The notes: generated from the letters alone by a model not told the origin. A stretch of 63,515 nucleotides of DNA from Podospora anserina (GCA_017654855.1 JAFMPO010000001.1:1178001-1241515); one strand, 5' to 3'; numbered from the stretch's first letter, positions 11,701 to 24,410 are shown. Numbers and translations are program-made.

Positions 11701-13680
11701 ATGGCACCATCGGCATCACCCTCCCACACACCTGGCCCACACACGGTCGTCTCTCCCCCGTCCAACCAAAGGCGTGCCAGTACCCCCAAGGTCCGTACCG
11801 GCTGCATCACTTGCAAGAATCGACATGTCAAGTGCGATGAGCGCAAGCCGACGTGTTCCCGCTGTGAAAAAGCACGCATGGAGTGCCATGGCTATCTCGC
11901 CAAGACGGATCAAAAAGCAGCAAGAAAGTCGTCTAGCAAGTCCGCAACTATTCAAGGAGGCCCGCGGCCGTTACAGATGATACGTCCCGCACGTGTAACG
12001 CCTTTCTGCCCCGAAAAAGACATAATCTACCATGACTTCTTCCGGTATACCCTTGTCAACGATCTTGCTGGCTATCTCCACGCCGACTTTTGGTCCCGGG
12101 TTGTGCTTTGCGAGGGTATTCGGGACAGTTGTGTCAACCACGCCATATTTGCCATTGGCGCGCTTTCTCAGGCTCTCTTTGTTGAAGCTAGGCTTGATAG
12201 ATCACTTGCTCGACAATCGTCTGGCTCGCCACCGTCCCCTCCACACTCTCATGTTCGTTGGCACCATATATACAATCCCCACTACCAGGCGGCCATCCGC
12301 CACCAAAACCAGGCAATATCGCTGTGTTTACAACGAATACGGGACGATGGAGATACCATGTCCGCTCGAAACCTTCTTGTCATCACGTTGCTTCTCGTCG
12401 GCTACGAACTTCTTCAGGGTGATGTAGAAGCCGCCGATGGACTTATGACAAGCGGCATCCGACTGCTTCGAGACTCGATAACAACCCTTAGGGACGCAGC
12501 ACGCCGGAACACCGGGCCTACCAACTATGTCAACCGCGTAGATGAAGACACGCAAGATATGGAGTACATCCTCCCTTTTTTGAGTGGAACGTCCAACCTG
12601 CGTCCCAGCCCGCCACCCCATTACACAATCCCCAGCTCTTCTCTTGAATGTAACGACCTCCCGGTCTTTGGGAAAACTAGCGCAGTGAAGTGTACTTTTC
12701 TTTGGGGCAATTTTCACACACGGTGCTTGTTATTTATCTCGCAGGCTATGCAGCGTACCTTTGCTGGACAACCCCTTCCAACAAACGAGAGACACTCCCT
12801 CTGGGCAGAACAAGCACAACTTTGGAACTCATCTCGCCAATGGCAGCAAGTGCTATCTGATTACAAAGCAGCGGTCAGCCCTGAAGACGTTCGAACTAGA
12901 AAGATAATGTTACTGCTCCTTCTGCAATGCTACACAGACCTCATCTGCCTCGCTTGGTGCCTGGATCCAGCAGGCACAGCTTTGGACAACTGCGAGCCCG
13001 ATTTCGGCCAGCTGCTCAACATAGCCCTCGAATTCTCTGAGGATCGAGAGCCCATGACCACGAACGGATTTATACTCTCCGGTGGAAACGTCACCGGTCC
13101 CCTGATATTGATTGCGACAAAATGCCGAACTAGTCGGACCCTGAGGTGGCAGGCGCTCGAGGCTTTCAGAAAAATGTCTTGGCGGACAGGAGCATGGGAT
13201 GCCAAAGTCTTTGTGTCTGTGGCTGGTTTGGTATCGCTGGAGGAGGCGGCTCGGGATGAGGGAGGTCGAATAGATCCCATCAACAGGTGGCTATGTACCG
13301 GTATCCACTCGGATGTGGATAGCATGAAGGTTATGGGGGAGTATACAAGAGCATCATCTGATGAGAAGGGTGATCCGATAAAGAAATATTTGGTCTTGAA
13401 TGTAGATGGACGGCGGTTCCTAGCTGAGGGGGAGGGACCTATGGACCCGAGTTTGACAAAGGTTGATCCTGATCTAGGATGTGTTGGGAATACTCATGGA
13501 CAACTGGCAGGTCAAATCATGAATCATGGTCTCGACGCTGATATGGGTAGCAGCATAAACGGGGCACCGTCGCCAGCTTCAGCGGTTACATGGTCGGATT
13601 TTGATTCACCCTTACCTGTACCCACAGAGTTTAACTCAAATTGGGATGGTCTGTCAAGTCGGGAGGATACCTTGGTGTAG
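11701..13680 (+). CDS. Zn(II)2Cys6 transcription factor
   Basis: KVRTGCITCKNRHVKCDERKPTCSRCEKARMECHGY binuclear cluster, followed by a fungal TF middle region; 659-aa ORF. Confidence 0.93.
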   Translation: MAPSASPSHTPGPHTVVSPPSNQRRASTPKVRTGCITCKNRHVKCDERKPTCSRCEKARMECHGYLAKTDQKAARKSSSKSATIQGGPRPLQMIRPARVTPFCPEKDIIYHDFFRYTLVNDLAGYLHADFWSRVVLCEGIRDSCVNHAIFAIGALSQALFVEARLDRSLARQSSGSPPSPPHSHVRWHHIYNPHYQAAIRHQNQAISLCLQRIRDDGDTMSARNLLVITLLLVGYELLQGDVEAADGLMTSGIRLLRDSITTLRDAARRNTGPTNYVNRVDEDTQDMEYILPFLSGTSNLRPSPPPHYTIPSSSLECNDLPVFGKTSAVKCTFLWGNFHTRCLLFISQAMQRTFAGQPLPTNERHSLWAEQAQLWNSSRQWQQVLSDYKAAVSPEDVRTRKIMLLLLLQCYTDLICLAWCLDPAGTALDNCEPDFGQLLNIALEFSEDREPMTTNGFILSGGNVTGPLILIATKCRTSRTLRWQALEAFRKMSWRTGAWDAKVFVSVAGLVSLEEAARDEGGRIDPINRWLCTGIHSDVDSMKVMGEYTRASSDEKGDPIKKYLVLNVDGRRFLAEGEGPMDPSLTKVDPDLGCVGNTHGQLAGQIMNHGLDADMGSSINGAPSPASAVTWSDFDSPLPVPTEFNSNWDGLSSREDTLV

Positions 13681-13826
13681 ATACGATTTAAACCCCACAT
13701 CATGAGCTTGGGCGATGGATAGAATCATGGACGGCACATATACGGTTATATCAAACGTGTAGGTAGGTAGAGCATACAATGCAGAATCAATGACACCATG
13801 ACAGAGTTGCCCTGTTTCGAGCGGGA

Positions 13827-14944
13827 TCATTCCTTTTCATAGCCGTAAACGATCGCTCCCACAAGCTTCCCCAGTTCTCGAGTTGCATCACCAGCAGCGT
13901 GACACCACGGCGTCATTTGAAGCCACCCGTGAATTAGGTCTTCATGATGAACCCACTTGACATCGACACCTGCTTCCTTCAGTTTGCTGGCATATTCGAT
14001 GCCCACGTCTCTCAAGGGATCAAATCCGTTTGTGATAACAGCCGCCTTGGGCTGGTTTGCCAAATCTTTTGCAGGTTGGTAGCCGGGAGATATGTATGCA
14101 TCCAGTGGTGAAGGACCTGCGTTGTGTCAGCTGACATCAAAGTCGGGAATACACTGAAATCACAAAGCAGCTCACCATTCGCCTTTGATGGTCTTGGCAT
14201 ATAGTGCGCCGCAAAGCTGAAGATACCATTGGTGTGCAAGTAATAGCCCGAGCTATTCTCCTTTGCTGCCAGGGTGTCAAATGGAAGGCGAGCCGTCGGG
14301 TAGACCAGAATCTGGGCACAGAGGGGCTTCTTGCCCTTGTCTCGGCGCCGTAAACAAACTGCAGCAGTCAGGTTGCCTCCAGACGAGTCACCGCCGCCAG
14401 CAACACGATCGGCACGCACGCCTCGATTCCTGCCCTCCTCGCTCTGAACCCAGTCGATCACAGCGTCATACTCATCCAGTTGAACAGGATATCGAAACTC
14501 GGGGGCAGGGCGATAGTCGAAACAATAGACCTGGCAGCCAGACCTCTCTGCCACCAGCCTTAAACCATTTTCGAACTCATCCACGCTTCCTACGGTGTAT
14601 CCACCCCCATGGCAATAGATTAGTGCACCTGCCTCGCCTCTGTCTCTCCAGTCTTCGGCTGACTCGGGATACAGAATCCGGATGGGAATCGTGCCGTGCG
14701 GGCCCCGGATCGCCGTAAACTCGACACTGCCGATGACATTTACGCCCTTCTTCAGATTGTGAATACCAAAGATTTTCTGGTGGTGAGCACGCTCGGTGAT
14801 GAAGCCTTTGGAGCCTCCCAGCTCGAGATCCGGATTGTTGTCCAGGAAGTCTTCAAGCGCGCCGTTGGGACGACGAGACCGAGTGCCGATCGGGGGGTTG
14901 GGAATGGATGAAGACATTTTGGGATCTCCGTTTCCTTGACTCAT
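13827..14944 (-). CDS. Alpha/beta hydrolase fold-3 (HSL-family esterase/lipase), 1 intron ~14118-14175
   Basis: HGGGY oxyanion motif, DYRPAPE, GDSSGG nucleophile, DPLRD and HGW catalytic motifs in the second exon. Confidence 0.9.
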
Positions 14945-15635
14945 GGCAAAGGTGTTTCTTTGGGTCTTGGCGGCATTGTCCAGGGAGATAATTGCCAGAG
15001 GTTCATCTCAAGTAGCTGGAGGAGAGAGGCCCGGTGTGGTAGCGGTGCAAGCTCCGAAAACGAACGTCATGTTGATGTATTCTCTTTGTTGAGGCGGCGA
15101 TGATGGCAGAGATGAACTAAAGTTGGCGCTAAGAAATTCGCTGCCATCATGACAGTTGTGGTGTCTCCCCGTCTGGAGTCGTTCCTGCCTGTAGTTGGCC
15201 TTATCCCTTATCGTTGATGGGGAGGGGTTGGAGGGGCCATGACGTCCCCTTTTTCTCGGCTGGGACTGGGCAGCCAATGGGCGCATGTTGACATCGACAA
15301 GAGTCCCACCCTCGTGTTGCTTTTTTTCACTGGTTCGGCGGCTGCCAAGAGCGCGAACCCAATCAATTATCAATTGGCACAAAGAGTGCACAGCCGTCAA
15401 GGTCTGGTTGTCGTGCGACGCCAATATTTATTTTGTTATTTTTTTCCACAGACGGCCCTCTTCTCCGCTGGAATCGCAGCAACAGCCCAGAGGAAACCAA
15501 CAACACTAAACCCGGCACTTTGGCGCATTGCTCACGCCGCCCGCAACGTCAGACAGCTCACTTGCGCGTGATGCGACGACTCGTCTCATAAGACGCGTCT
15601 CCCTTTGACTGGGGGCCCCGCCGTTAGACCCGACA

Positions 15636-17501
15636 ATGCGGCACCCGACCCGGGATGGTCTTGCCTGGGACGACAATGGTCTCGGCCCGGTCGCGAGGTG
15701 GACCAGACAACCCGACATCGAAACCGTCGAGCGTGTATGTCGCCGCGCCCTCAACATCAACCACACTGTCGACTGCAACGTGCACCTGCATGCCAATGGC
15801 GAGTTTAGCAAACTTTATGCCGTCGACAGCATCCGCGGCAAGCACATCATCCGCATCTCCCTCCCCGTCGACCCCGGGAACAAGACCCTCGGCGAAGTCT
15901 TCACTCTGCGACTGGTGCATCGCATGACCGACATTCCCGTGCCCAAAGTCATTGCATGGGATGAGACTGTCAACAATGAGCTTGGGTTCGAATGGCTCCT
16001 GATGGAGATGATGCCCGGCAAGCTAGCTTACTATCGCTGGCGCAAGATGACTGACACCCAGAAAGAGATACTTACCAAGCGCGTGGCAGAGTTCCATACC
16101 CAGCTGCTCCGCTGCGGCAATCTGGGTCAGGGTTTCAGATCGATTGGAACGCTGGGAACGGGCCCGAATGCCGACTACAACACCGCAGTCACACCCTCGC
16201 CTGGCCCCATTGTTGACAGCGTCTTCTTCTCTGGGCCACGCTCCAGTTACCCTGTGGCCCGTGGCCCCTTTGAATCCAGTCATGACTGGCTTCGAGCCTA
16301 TCTTGACCTCATCATCACGGAGCACACAAATGCTCTTGCCAAAGCCAAGACTGATGACGACAAGGAACATGCCGAAATGGTGCTCCGGCTGGCTCGCAAA
16401 CTGCTAAGAATGGTTCATAAGATATTCCCTTCCTTGGTTTTCCCGCCAGAGCATACCGTGCTTTGGCACGACGATCTCTCGTTGAAGAACCTTCTTGTAG
16501 ACGACAATGGCCGCATAACAGGTGCGATTGGATGGTATGTATTATTTCCCTATCACCGCTCTTTTTGTGTCAACATGCTGACCGCTACTAGGGAATGTGT
16601 ATCGACCATGCCACGCTGGATGGCTTGTCAGATGCCTGCATTCCTTCGAGGCGCAAGCCGGAAGCAGAAGCCCAGCAGGGACAGTTATACAAATCTGGCT
16701 CCGCGCCCGTCAGCTTCTTCCACTTCTGACGAAGACCACTTGGACAATGAAGGAAAGACGGAGCTTTATTGGATCCACCTGATGGAGTATGACCAGACCC
16801 GGCTGCGCGAGGTTTATCAATCTCGAATGACACAGCTCTTGGGCCCTGAGTGGGAGAAGGATGTCGACGAAGCCCGGCTCAAGGTTGACTTTCTTGGAGC
16901 AGTGTCTCGATGCGGCACCCAGTTTTATCCTGTCAGAGTAGAACAGTGGGTTGATGCCATAGATCGCAAGGAGTTCATCTCGTTGATGCAAGTCTTGCGT
17001 ACGGGCATCAAAAAAGAAAAGCGACCCGCGACGCCTAGCGGCAATGCCGCTCCAAGCAAAGTGCACTACGAGAGGCCAGCCAGCAGCACGCCCAGCAGAG
17101 TTCAACAAGAGATTCAAAGACACGAAAGGATGCATCTTGCTGGATCAGGAAACCCCACCGCTTCGGTTATTTTCAGGACCGGGAGCCCTACCAAAACGGC
17201 CGCGATGACAGGCAGCTGGACTCCATCTAGACCCAGTTCTGTCAACAGCCACCGTCCCACAACATCATGGAGAGGCTCGGTCTCGGGCGTCTCCGGAGCG
17301 CATCTGGAAACGCCCCAGAGTCCTGTTAGCGTACATGTCCGTCGAAGGTCGTCGGACGGAATATCATTGACCAGCTTGGAACTGCCCAATCCCAAGAGCC
17401 CAGTCAACGTGCATATTCGACGCAACTCGGGGTCAACTTGTGTGTCAACCACCTCGTCCATCGTTTCCGGAACGACCAATTCCTCATCGAAGCTGGGATA
17501 G
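15636..17501 (+). CDS. APH-family phosphotransferase with Ser-rich C-terminal tail (probable in-frame intron ~16535-16591)
   Basis: TDIPVPKVIAWD..NELGFEWLLMEMMPG, RGPF.SS.DWL, LWHDDLSLKNLLVD and ITG.IGW; GTATGT..CTGAC..TAG intron signals. Confidence 0.85.
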   Translation: MRHPTRDGLAWDDNGLGPVARWTRQPDIETVERVCRRALNINHTVDCNVHLHANGEFSKLYAVDSIRGKHIIRISLPVDPGNKTLGEVFTLRLVHRMTDIPVPKVIAWDETVNNELGFEWLLMEMMPGKLAYYRWRKMTDTQKEILTKRVAEFHTQLLRCGNLGQGFRSIGTLGTGPNADYNTAVTPSPGPIVDSVFFSGPRSSYPVARGPFESSHDWLRAYLDLIITEHTNALAKAKTDDDKEHAEMVLRLARKLLRMVHKIFPSLVFPPEHTVLWHDDLSLKNLLVDDNGRITGAIGWYVLFPYHRSFCVNMLTATRECVSTMPRWMACQMPAFLRGASRKQKPSRDSYTNLAPRPSASSTSDEDHLDNEGKTELYWIHLMEYDQTRLREVYQSRMTQLLGPEWEKDVDEARLKVDFLGAVSRCGTQFYPVRVEQWVDAIDRKEFISLMQVLRTGIKKEKRPATPSGNAAPSKVHYERPASSTPSRVQQEIQRHERMHLAGSGNPTASVIFRTGSPTKTAAMTGSWTPSRPSSVNSHRPTTSWRGSVSGVSGAHLETPQSPVSVHVRRRSSDGISLTSLELPNPKSPVNVHIRRNSGSTCVSTTSSIVSGTTNSSSKLG

Positions 17502-18045
17502 TGTTACAGCGGCAAGGATATTAGGGTGAGGTGGAGAATGAAGAAGCCAGTCAGTGAAGAATGAAGTTGGGGGAAGAAACCTCGAAATTGTCGGATGTTT
17601 CATGAAGTTGGAGAGACGGGGAGATATGAATTGTCGGTATGAGTATATGTATATAATTTTTCATCCTTGTCATTTGCATGTTGGTAATTTTCAGATTCAG
17701 GGGTCAAATGTCAACAATGCTAGCGTCACACCCCTATCTGGTTGCTATGCTACTGCCTGCTTATCTCCGGCCCGGTGCTGTCACAGGGCTCGGTACTTGG
17801 CAAGTGCCTCTGGGCATCTGAGTTTAATACGAACCTGGAAGTGGAATCACCGATCTCACCTTCTGTTGTGGCACAGCAGTAGCTTCCCCGCACTTGTTGA
17901 CGTACGCAATTCCAATTGGGGACTGACAAAACAACAACTCATCCGTGTTCCAGGTTGCATTCCTTTCTTTTTTCTCCTTTCCATTGACCCTTTATGCCTT
18001 TGCTGCTAGAATCACGATTCGACATACAGACATAGAGACCAAAAG

Positions 18046-19692
18046 ATGGAACACGGCATTTTCCCCGACCGGTTTGGGAAGTTCTCCCCGAGCTTCTACT
18101 CCCAGGCCCAACGCCGCCGTGAACAGCCACAGCACCAATCAACTGGCGCCAGCGGACACCCAGACGATTCGACAGATCGGACCACCGCCAAATTCTTCCA
18201 GCACACATCGGCTCCCCGTATCTCTTCCGACGCTGTCATTGCTGCGTCTCTCAAGCGCCAGTACCCTTCACTTCAATTGACTACCGTGCCCGTGGACAAT
18301 GTCGACATTCTGGCTTATGCCTCCAGCGTCCCTGACGATGTCGCAAGTTTCCATCAGGTGGAACCGGAGTCCTCTGTATTTCCGGCCGACCTGAAATGGA
18401 ACTATTACCTCCCGCCCGCCAGGCGACTGGACGGTTCCAAAGGGGGCATTGCCACGGATTTGCACTTTGGCAAGTTCCTGTATCGTTACAAGGGTGCAGA
18501 GTTCATTGTGTATCTGGCTGAATGTCGAGACGGATCGAGTTCTTATCCCCCTATCGTCAACTACTACATTCTGTCTTCTCCTCCCGAGGTCCACTTGGTT
18601 GAGAGTTTGTTGATGACTGCGGGGCATTCGGCGTTTGAGCTCAAGGACGAGATCTGGGTCTTTGATGGAGGGCGGTGGCAAAAGTCGAGGGAGCTGTTTG
18701 ACAGCGTCCAAAAGTCGAGCTGGGACAATGTCATCTTGGATGAAGACATGAAGAAAGCGCTGATTGACGACCACACGAGCTTCTTTGCCTCCAGGGGCCA
18801 GTATGAAAGGCTCAAGGTGCCTTGGAAAAGAGGACTTATCTACTGGGGTCCTCCCGGGAACGGAAAGACGATCAGCATCAAGGCCATGATGAAGACGCTT
18901 AGTGAGAGGGAGGAGAAGGTGCCGTCGTTGTACGTGAGAAACTTTGTTTCGGTGAGTTCTTCCCGTGTAATAGAGTGAAAGGCGACGTCGACTAAGAAGC
19001 ACTAGTATGGCGGCCCTGAATACGCCATCTCCATGATCTTTGCCAAAGCAAGGCAGTACGCGCCTTGCTACCTGATCTTTGAGGATCTCGACTCGCTGGT
19101 GACAGATGGCGTGCGAAGCTACTTTTTGAACGAGATTGATGGTCTCAAGAGCAATGATGGCATCTTTATCGTGGGCAGCACGAACCATCTGGAAAGACTG
19201 GACCCCGGCCTTTCGGTGAGTATCTGTCCTGTCTTGGCTGACCGCTTGAGTGTATAACTGACAAGATGGTAGAAACGTCCCTCTAGATTCGACAGAAAGT
19301 ACTTCTTTCCGGACCCCAATCTGGAGCAGCGCGTTGCATACTGCAAGTTTTGGCAAGGCAAGCTGAAGAGCAACAAAGACCTCGAGTTTCCCGACAGCCT
19401 GTGCAAAGCTATTGCCGAGATCACGGACGGCTTCAGCTTCGCCTACATCCAAGAGGCGTTTGTGGCGGCGCTGCTTGTCATTGCGAGAGATTCGGAGACG
19501 TTAGATTTTGGCTCCGCCCTGGAGGTGGGATCAGAGGACGACTGGGTCAGCGTTGATGTCCCTGACAGCAATGGTGGTGGCGACGACACCGACTTGGAGA
19601 AGCTGATCTTGTGGGTGGAGATCAAGAAGCAGATCGAGATTCTGAGGCAAGGAATGGGGGAGGAGAGGCAGCGGAGGGTTCGGTTTCAGTAG
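18046..19692 (+). CDS. AAA+ ATPase (fungal 'proteasome-activating nucleotidase-like' family), introns ~18952-19005 and ~19216-19272
   Basis: PWKRGLIYWGPPGNGKT (Walker A), IFEDLDS (Walker B), FLNEIDG, GSTNHLERLD and KRPSRFDRKY (SRH) across three exons. Confidence 0.92.
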
Positions 19693-19837
19693 GGAGCAGC
19701 TGTGCATGAATGCCTGATAGTAGGTATGGCGGGATGCGAGAGGAGACTATTTAAGGGAGGCAATAGGTTTCTGGAATTAAAGATCCTTTATTTTGAACAG
19801 TGCTAACTTTTAATCACTACATTTATACAAAACAAAT

Positions 19838-22069
19838 TCATCTGTCGGCTCCCTCGAACCTTCTTAGGCTGCTGCTATCGCTCATCTTCCTCCTCCTGAC
19901 ACTAATCGAAGACAGTGGCGTCCCACTGCCGCTTCCACTAGCACTCGATGGACGGGGAGATCGCGCACTGGCCAGTTCCCTATCAATAACCACAATATCG
20001 CTCAATACGTCCATCTTTTCCAGCGCATCCATGACCTCCGGTGGTGGCTCCGCGCTGAAGATATTCTGAATGTCACCATGCGGATTCAGACCCGCAAAAT
20101 ACTTCCACTTCCGCCACCTGCTGTTGCGGCCCCTTCTGCCACCCCATATCCTGCGCCGCTCCCAGAGTCCAATCAGCAACAGCAAAGGTGCATTGACCGC
20201 TCTGATCACGGCAACGTTGACGTGATGGAAAACTACGGGTCCAACAAACCACTTGAGCGGCAGCATGATGAGAAGAGCCAAGAGGTTAAACGGCGGGGGG
20301 TATGAAAAGATGGCATCCGACTTGACGCCTTGAAAGGTAAGAACAGCCCGGCGGAACTGGATCTCGGCCGCCTCGTTGGAGATGATCTTGGAGAAGGTGT
20401 TGGTCAGGATGGCGACGAGAATGGTGAGGAAGAGAGTGTTGCCCAGGAAGGCAAAGGTGATGATGAGGGTCGGACCGAGAATGATGTGGAAGTCAGAGGC
20501 GCGCTCGATGCCGGTACCATCAAGACCGAACCAAATCCTAACCCATGTCAGTAAAGCGAAACAAGACACGCAGGACACGCAAGACACGACAAATGATACG
20601 TACCACAAGAGCCACTTTGTGATGGTGGCCCATGTCACACTTCCCTCCAGCTTTTCATCCCCCGTCGTCCTTGCCAGCAGCAAAAGGCCCATCACAAAAC
20701 CGGCAAAACACCAAATGGCGATAAACGTCAGCCGCGTAAAGTCTCTCATCATGGCATGCAATGCAATAAACACAATGTTGTCCGGCATCAGCGTAAACGC
20801 AATCCTCGTCAGCAACACAGGTGCAGCCGTGCAAAGCACAGGCATGGCGTAGAACGCATCGCTACTAATCAACAGCTCCACCGTCCTGACCAGCCCGTAC
20901 GCCCCATAGATGAACACAAAGGTGATGTCGAGGAAAGACCACAGGTTCTGCGCGTGCACTTCCCATCCATGTTCCACAATGGCAGCAAACTGCTCCAACA
21001 CCCACCCCGCGGCAAACACGTTGAAGAACGTTTCGTACGTGTTGACATGGAGGCCGGCCAGATGCTTCCCAAACCCATAGTGTGTCACCGTCAGCATGTA
21101 AAGGACAAGCAGGACGATAAAGTGCAGGAGCTCGATGCCGTTTCGGATCCGGGGAACGATCAGGCGATGGTGGTTGAGAATGGCCGCACGACGGGGTTCG
21201 TACAAGGAGACTGGATGGTGCTTGTAGTGATCGGGCAAGATGTCGACAAACGAGAGGGGGGTGTACACGACTATGCCACGGTAGACGGCATCGACGACGC
21301 GCTGACAGGCAGGGGAGCCTATGAACAGCTTGGACTCGGAGATGATGGCCAGCTCGAGACCTGTCAACTTTCGTTCGTGGCCGCCTCGTTCCTGAACAGC
21401 CCATTGTGGACGGCGTGCGCGGATGGCTTCAGGGGCTGCGTCGCAGGGGTCAAAGCCGGACACGAGAATGTGGGCCAGCAACAACAGGCCAGATCGACCG
21501 GTGTGATCTTCGTGGAAGCGGCGGAGGATGCGGATTGCTAAGAGTTCGCAGAGGGTGGCGCGGGATTCGTTGACGGTTTGTTGAAGAAGCTCGTGGGCGC
21601 GGGGACGCAGGAATTGGACACGGTTCGCAAGGAGGGAGTACACGATGGCGGGATCATTGGGATTGTACAGCCTGTCCACCAGTGGCCTCACAACCAGTCT
21701 GTCCAGCCGTGGAGCCCTCAGCTCCTCGAGCGTGTAGTTGTCATTGACGGCGGCAATGACGAGCCGGCGAATTCGGTGAATCGTGATATATACGGGTATG
21801 GCAGGGTCGGGCCTGGGCAGGAACGAGGCACTCTGACCGTGTCCTCCGCTGTTGTCGCCGCCATCATCTCGACTTGGGCCGCCTCCTCCTTGTCCTCCGC
21901 GCGGGACGAGGCGCCTTAGCATAAGCGGCGCCACGGTGTCGTCGTGGTCGTGGTCGGCGTCAAAGAGGATAGCGGATGCTTCGGGATCGTCGCTGTCGCT
22001 CAAGTAAGGATCGTCACTCAAGCCACCGTCGTTGTTGTCGAGCAGTCTGCGCTCGGTTCCCAGACCCAT
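19838..22069 (-). CDS. TRP-like (Yvc1-family) non-selective cation channel; probable short intron ~20541-20602; start uncertain
   Basis: LLANRVQF, CELLAIR, multiple TM helices, WIWFGLDGTG pore region, FLGNTLFLTILVAILTNTF and YPPPFNLLA. Confidence 0.85.
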   Translation of the reverse strand: MGLGTERRLLDNNDGGLSDDPYLSDSDDPEASAILFDADHDHDDTVAPLMLRRLVPRGGQGGGGPSRDDGGDNSGGHGQSASFLPRPDPAIPVYITIHRIRRLVIAAVNDNYTLEELRAPRLDRLVVRPLVDRLYNPNDPAIVYSLLANRVQFLRPRAHELLQQTVNESRATLCELLAIRILRRFHEDHTGRSGLLLLAHILVSGFDPCDAAPEAIRARRPQWAVQERGGHERKLTGLELAIISESKLFIGSPACQRVVDAVYRGIVVYTPLSFVDILPDHYKHHPVSLYEPRRAAILNHHRLIVPRIRNGIELLHFIVLLVLYMLTVTHYGFGKHLAGLHVNTYETFFNVFAAGWVLEQFAAIVEHGWEVHAQNLWSFLDITFVFIYGAYGLVRTVELLISSDAFYAMPVLCTAAPVLLTRIAFTLMPDNIVFIALHAMMRDFTRLTFIAIWCFAGFVMGLLLLARTTGDEKLEGSVTWATITKWLLWYVSFVVSCVSCVSCFALLTWVRIWFGLDGTGIERASDFHIILGPTLIITFAFLGNTLFLTILVAILTNTFSKIISNEAAEIQFRRAVLTFQGVKSDAIFSYPPPFNLLALLIMLPLKWFVGPVVFHHVNVAVIRAVNAPLLLLIGLWERRRIWGGRRGRNSRWRKWKYFAGLNPHGDIQNIFSAEPPPEVMDALEKMDVLSDIVVIDRELASARSPRPSSASGSGSGTPLSSISVRRRKMSDSSSLRRFEGADR

Positions 22070-23333
22070 TCCGAAGCGCCTTTGCGTGCCTGTGTCACCT
22101 GTTGTCAAGATGCATTGGTTTAGTGCTCAGTCGTGAGTGTGGACAGCTCCCAAGAAAAAAGGGCTCGAGGAGAGCAGTCGAAATAAAAGTAAAATGGAAG
22201 CCACGATGCGACTGGAAGGAAACAGTGGCAGTGGGCCTAGAGCGGGCTAATTGTTTGCTGTCCAATGTTCACGACAATCCCATAACGTAATTTACCGTTC
22301 GCCGCCATCTTGGCAAACCCCTGACGGCCAGCCGAGTCATGCGGACGGGCCGTGCCTTTGATGCCTCCATTCCGGCTACGAGATGCACAAGTAGATGTTG
22401 GATGGTGTTTCGTTAATGGAAATTGGAAGTTTGAGGTTGCTGACTTGGCCGGGCATTTTTCTTTAGGAATTTTGCAGGAGCGCCAGGCACAATCGACGTC
22501 ATTTTTTTCGGTTCAGGGCACGTTGGACCTAAACTGTATTCGGCAGGCGCCACCAAGTCATCACCACCTCGAGTCACCGCAACAAAATTTGTTTCGGCTC
22601 TATGAGTGAAGCGTTTCGGGATACACGCACCGGAATGTTCATAGAGTTGACATTTGTAATGTATGTCCTTGAATTGATCCATATGTACATAGTAGTAACG
22701 ATAGTTGGCAGTGAGAGAGTCCTATCTATGCATGTATCCTGCGTTCCCCCCCATGGAGGACCATTATCCTGAACAGTTGAAGCCTAGGTACAATGTCCTC
22801 CTCTGCGAGTGCCCTACTTGCAATCTCAAACCTATCCTTTCAGCTTGCACCCGTCACAAATTCTGTCCTCTAAATATCCTCATATCACCAATTCCTATTT
22901 GCTCCTAACATAGTCGCTCACTGAGATGGTCTTAAGTCTCTTTTCAACCCGCCCAAAACACAGACTGATATGGATAAACCCCGACGGAATTTAAGCAACC
23001 TGGAATACTACGACAAGTCAGCATCTCATCTCAGTCAGCGATGGCTCCTTATCATGAGGTGTACCCCTGAAGTAAGCACTGGCAAGCTGCGGCTGACACT
23101 AGCTCACCGTTAGCGAATCCTTTGCATTGAGCAATAACCCTTTTCAGCTGTAGTTTTCTCATAGTGGCGCGTGGCGTTTAATTACCCGCTGAGCCCTCAA
23201 AAAGGTCCACTTCCCACGTTGTTGTTGCTGACACCCTTCAAGCGTTTGCATCGCATTTCTGTCGATATCACATGGTCCGGTAGACCACAATCTACCTTTA
23301 CCTTCGTTCGTTTCAGCAAACCTCAATCTCAAG

Positions 23334-24410
23334 ATGGGGCGGTTTTCCTCTATCGCCATTTCGGCACTGTTGCTGTCACCTGTCTTGGGCCAGACAGAAT
23401 CACCTGCGGCAGTTCCAGTCAAGAAGAACCCCAAACGCGGTCTTGTCTCCACGCCCAACGAATTCTTCCCCAGAGATGACTTTATCTGGTCCGATCCTTC
23501 ATCGCCGCTGTCATGGTACTGGAACTTTGCACCCGATGTCACAGAGGCCTATGCCAACATCTCTCAATCCGAGTTTGAGTTTGTCCCGAGCATGTGGGGC
23601 GCCTACACCCCCAACGGCACAGACACATACTTCTTGGGCAACTTGACCGAGAAGTTCTCCAAGCGAAAGCCCTCTCACGTTCTCACCTTCAACCTGCCTG
23701 ACCAGTCTTTCGAATATGGAGGCAGTGAGATGACCCCCGAGATTGCCGCGAGGACCTGGGTCAACAACATTCTACCGCTCAGGGAAGAACACGGGATCAA
23801 AGTCGGCTTCCCGACCGTCTCAGACCCGAGAGGAGGGTGGGTAGATCCTTTCTTGAAGAACTGCTCCAAGATGAATGATGGACACGGGTGCGAGTTTGAC
23901 TTTGTGCCACTTCATTCATTTGGCGGTTTCGGGACCTTGAAGGACAACATTGGAAAGTGGCAGTCAAAGTATGTGTCGTTGCCCCTACACTAGTAACACG
24001 CCGATTAACGCTGAGGCAATAGATTTCCCGAAAAACCTCTTTGGGTTACTGAGTATGGCTTCCATGACCAGAACGAGGCCGAAACCCAAAAGTTCTTCAA
24101 CGAAAGTTTAAAGTACTTGGAAGAGCACCAGGCAGTGGCACGGTACTCGTGGTTTGGTGCTTTTAGAAAAACAAAGTCGAATGTGGGGGAGGAAATGGCC
24201 ATGCTGGACCAGCGAGGCAATCTGACAGACATTGGCAACTGGTATCTGGACCGCGCCGCTGCTCTCAGGACCCCAGAGGGTGTTTTGGCGGCTGCTTGCA
24301 CCTTGGAGAACCCATGTGGTGGAAGCGGAGCGGCTGGAAGGGCGAGCTATGTGGGTGTGGCTGGAATAGTAATTGGGCTTTTCCAGCTGGGTGTCACTTT
24401 CTGGATGTAA
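23334..24410 (+). CDS. GH128/Asl1-like beta-1,3-glucan-active protein, signal peptide and GPI-like C-terminus (intron ~23969-24022)
   Basis: KRGL, SWYWNF, EFVPSMWG, DFVPLH, KPLWVTEYG and VARYSWFG motifs; hydrophobic C-terminal tail. Confidence 0.85.

Noticed and set aside
18268-19452. 394-aa minus-strand ORF
   Set aside because: Antisense to the spliced AAA ATPase; no recognisable domain.
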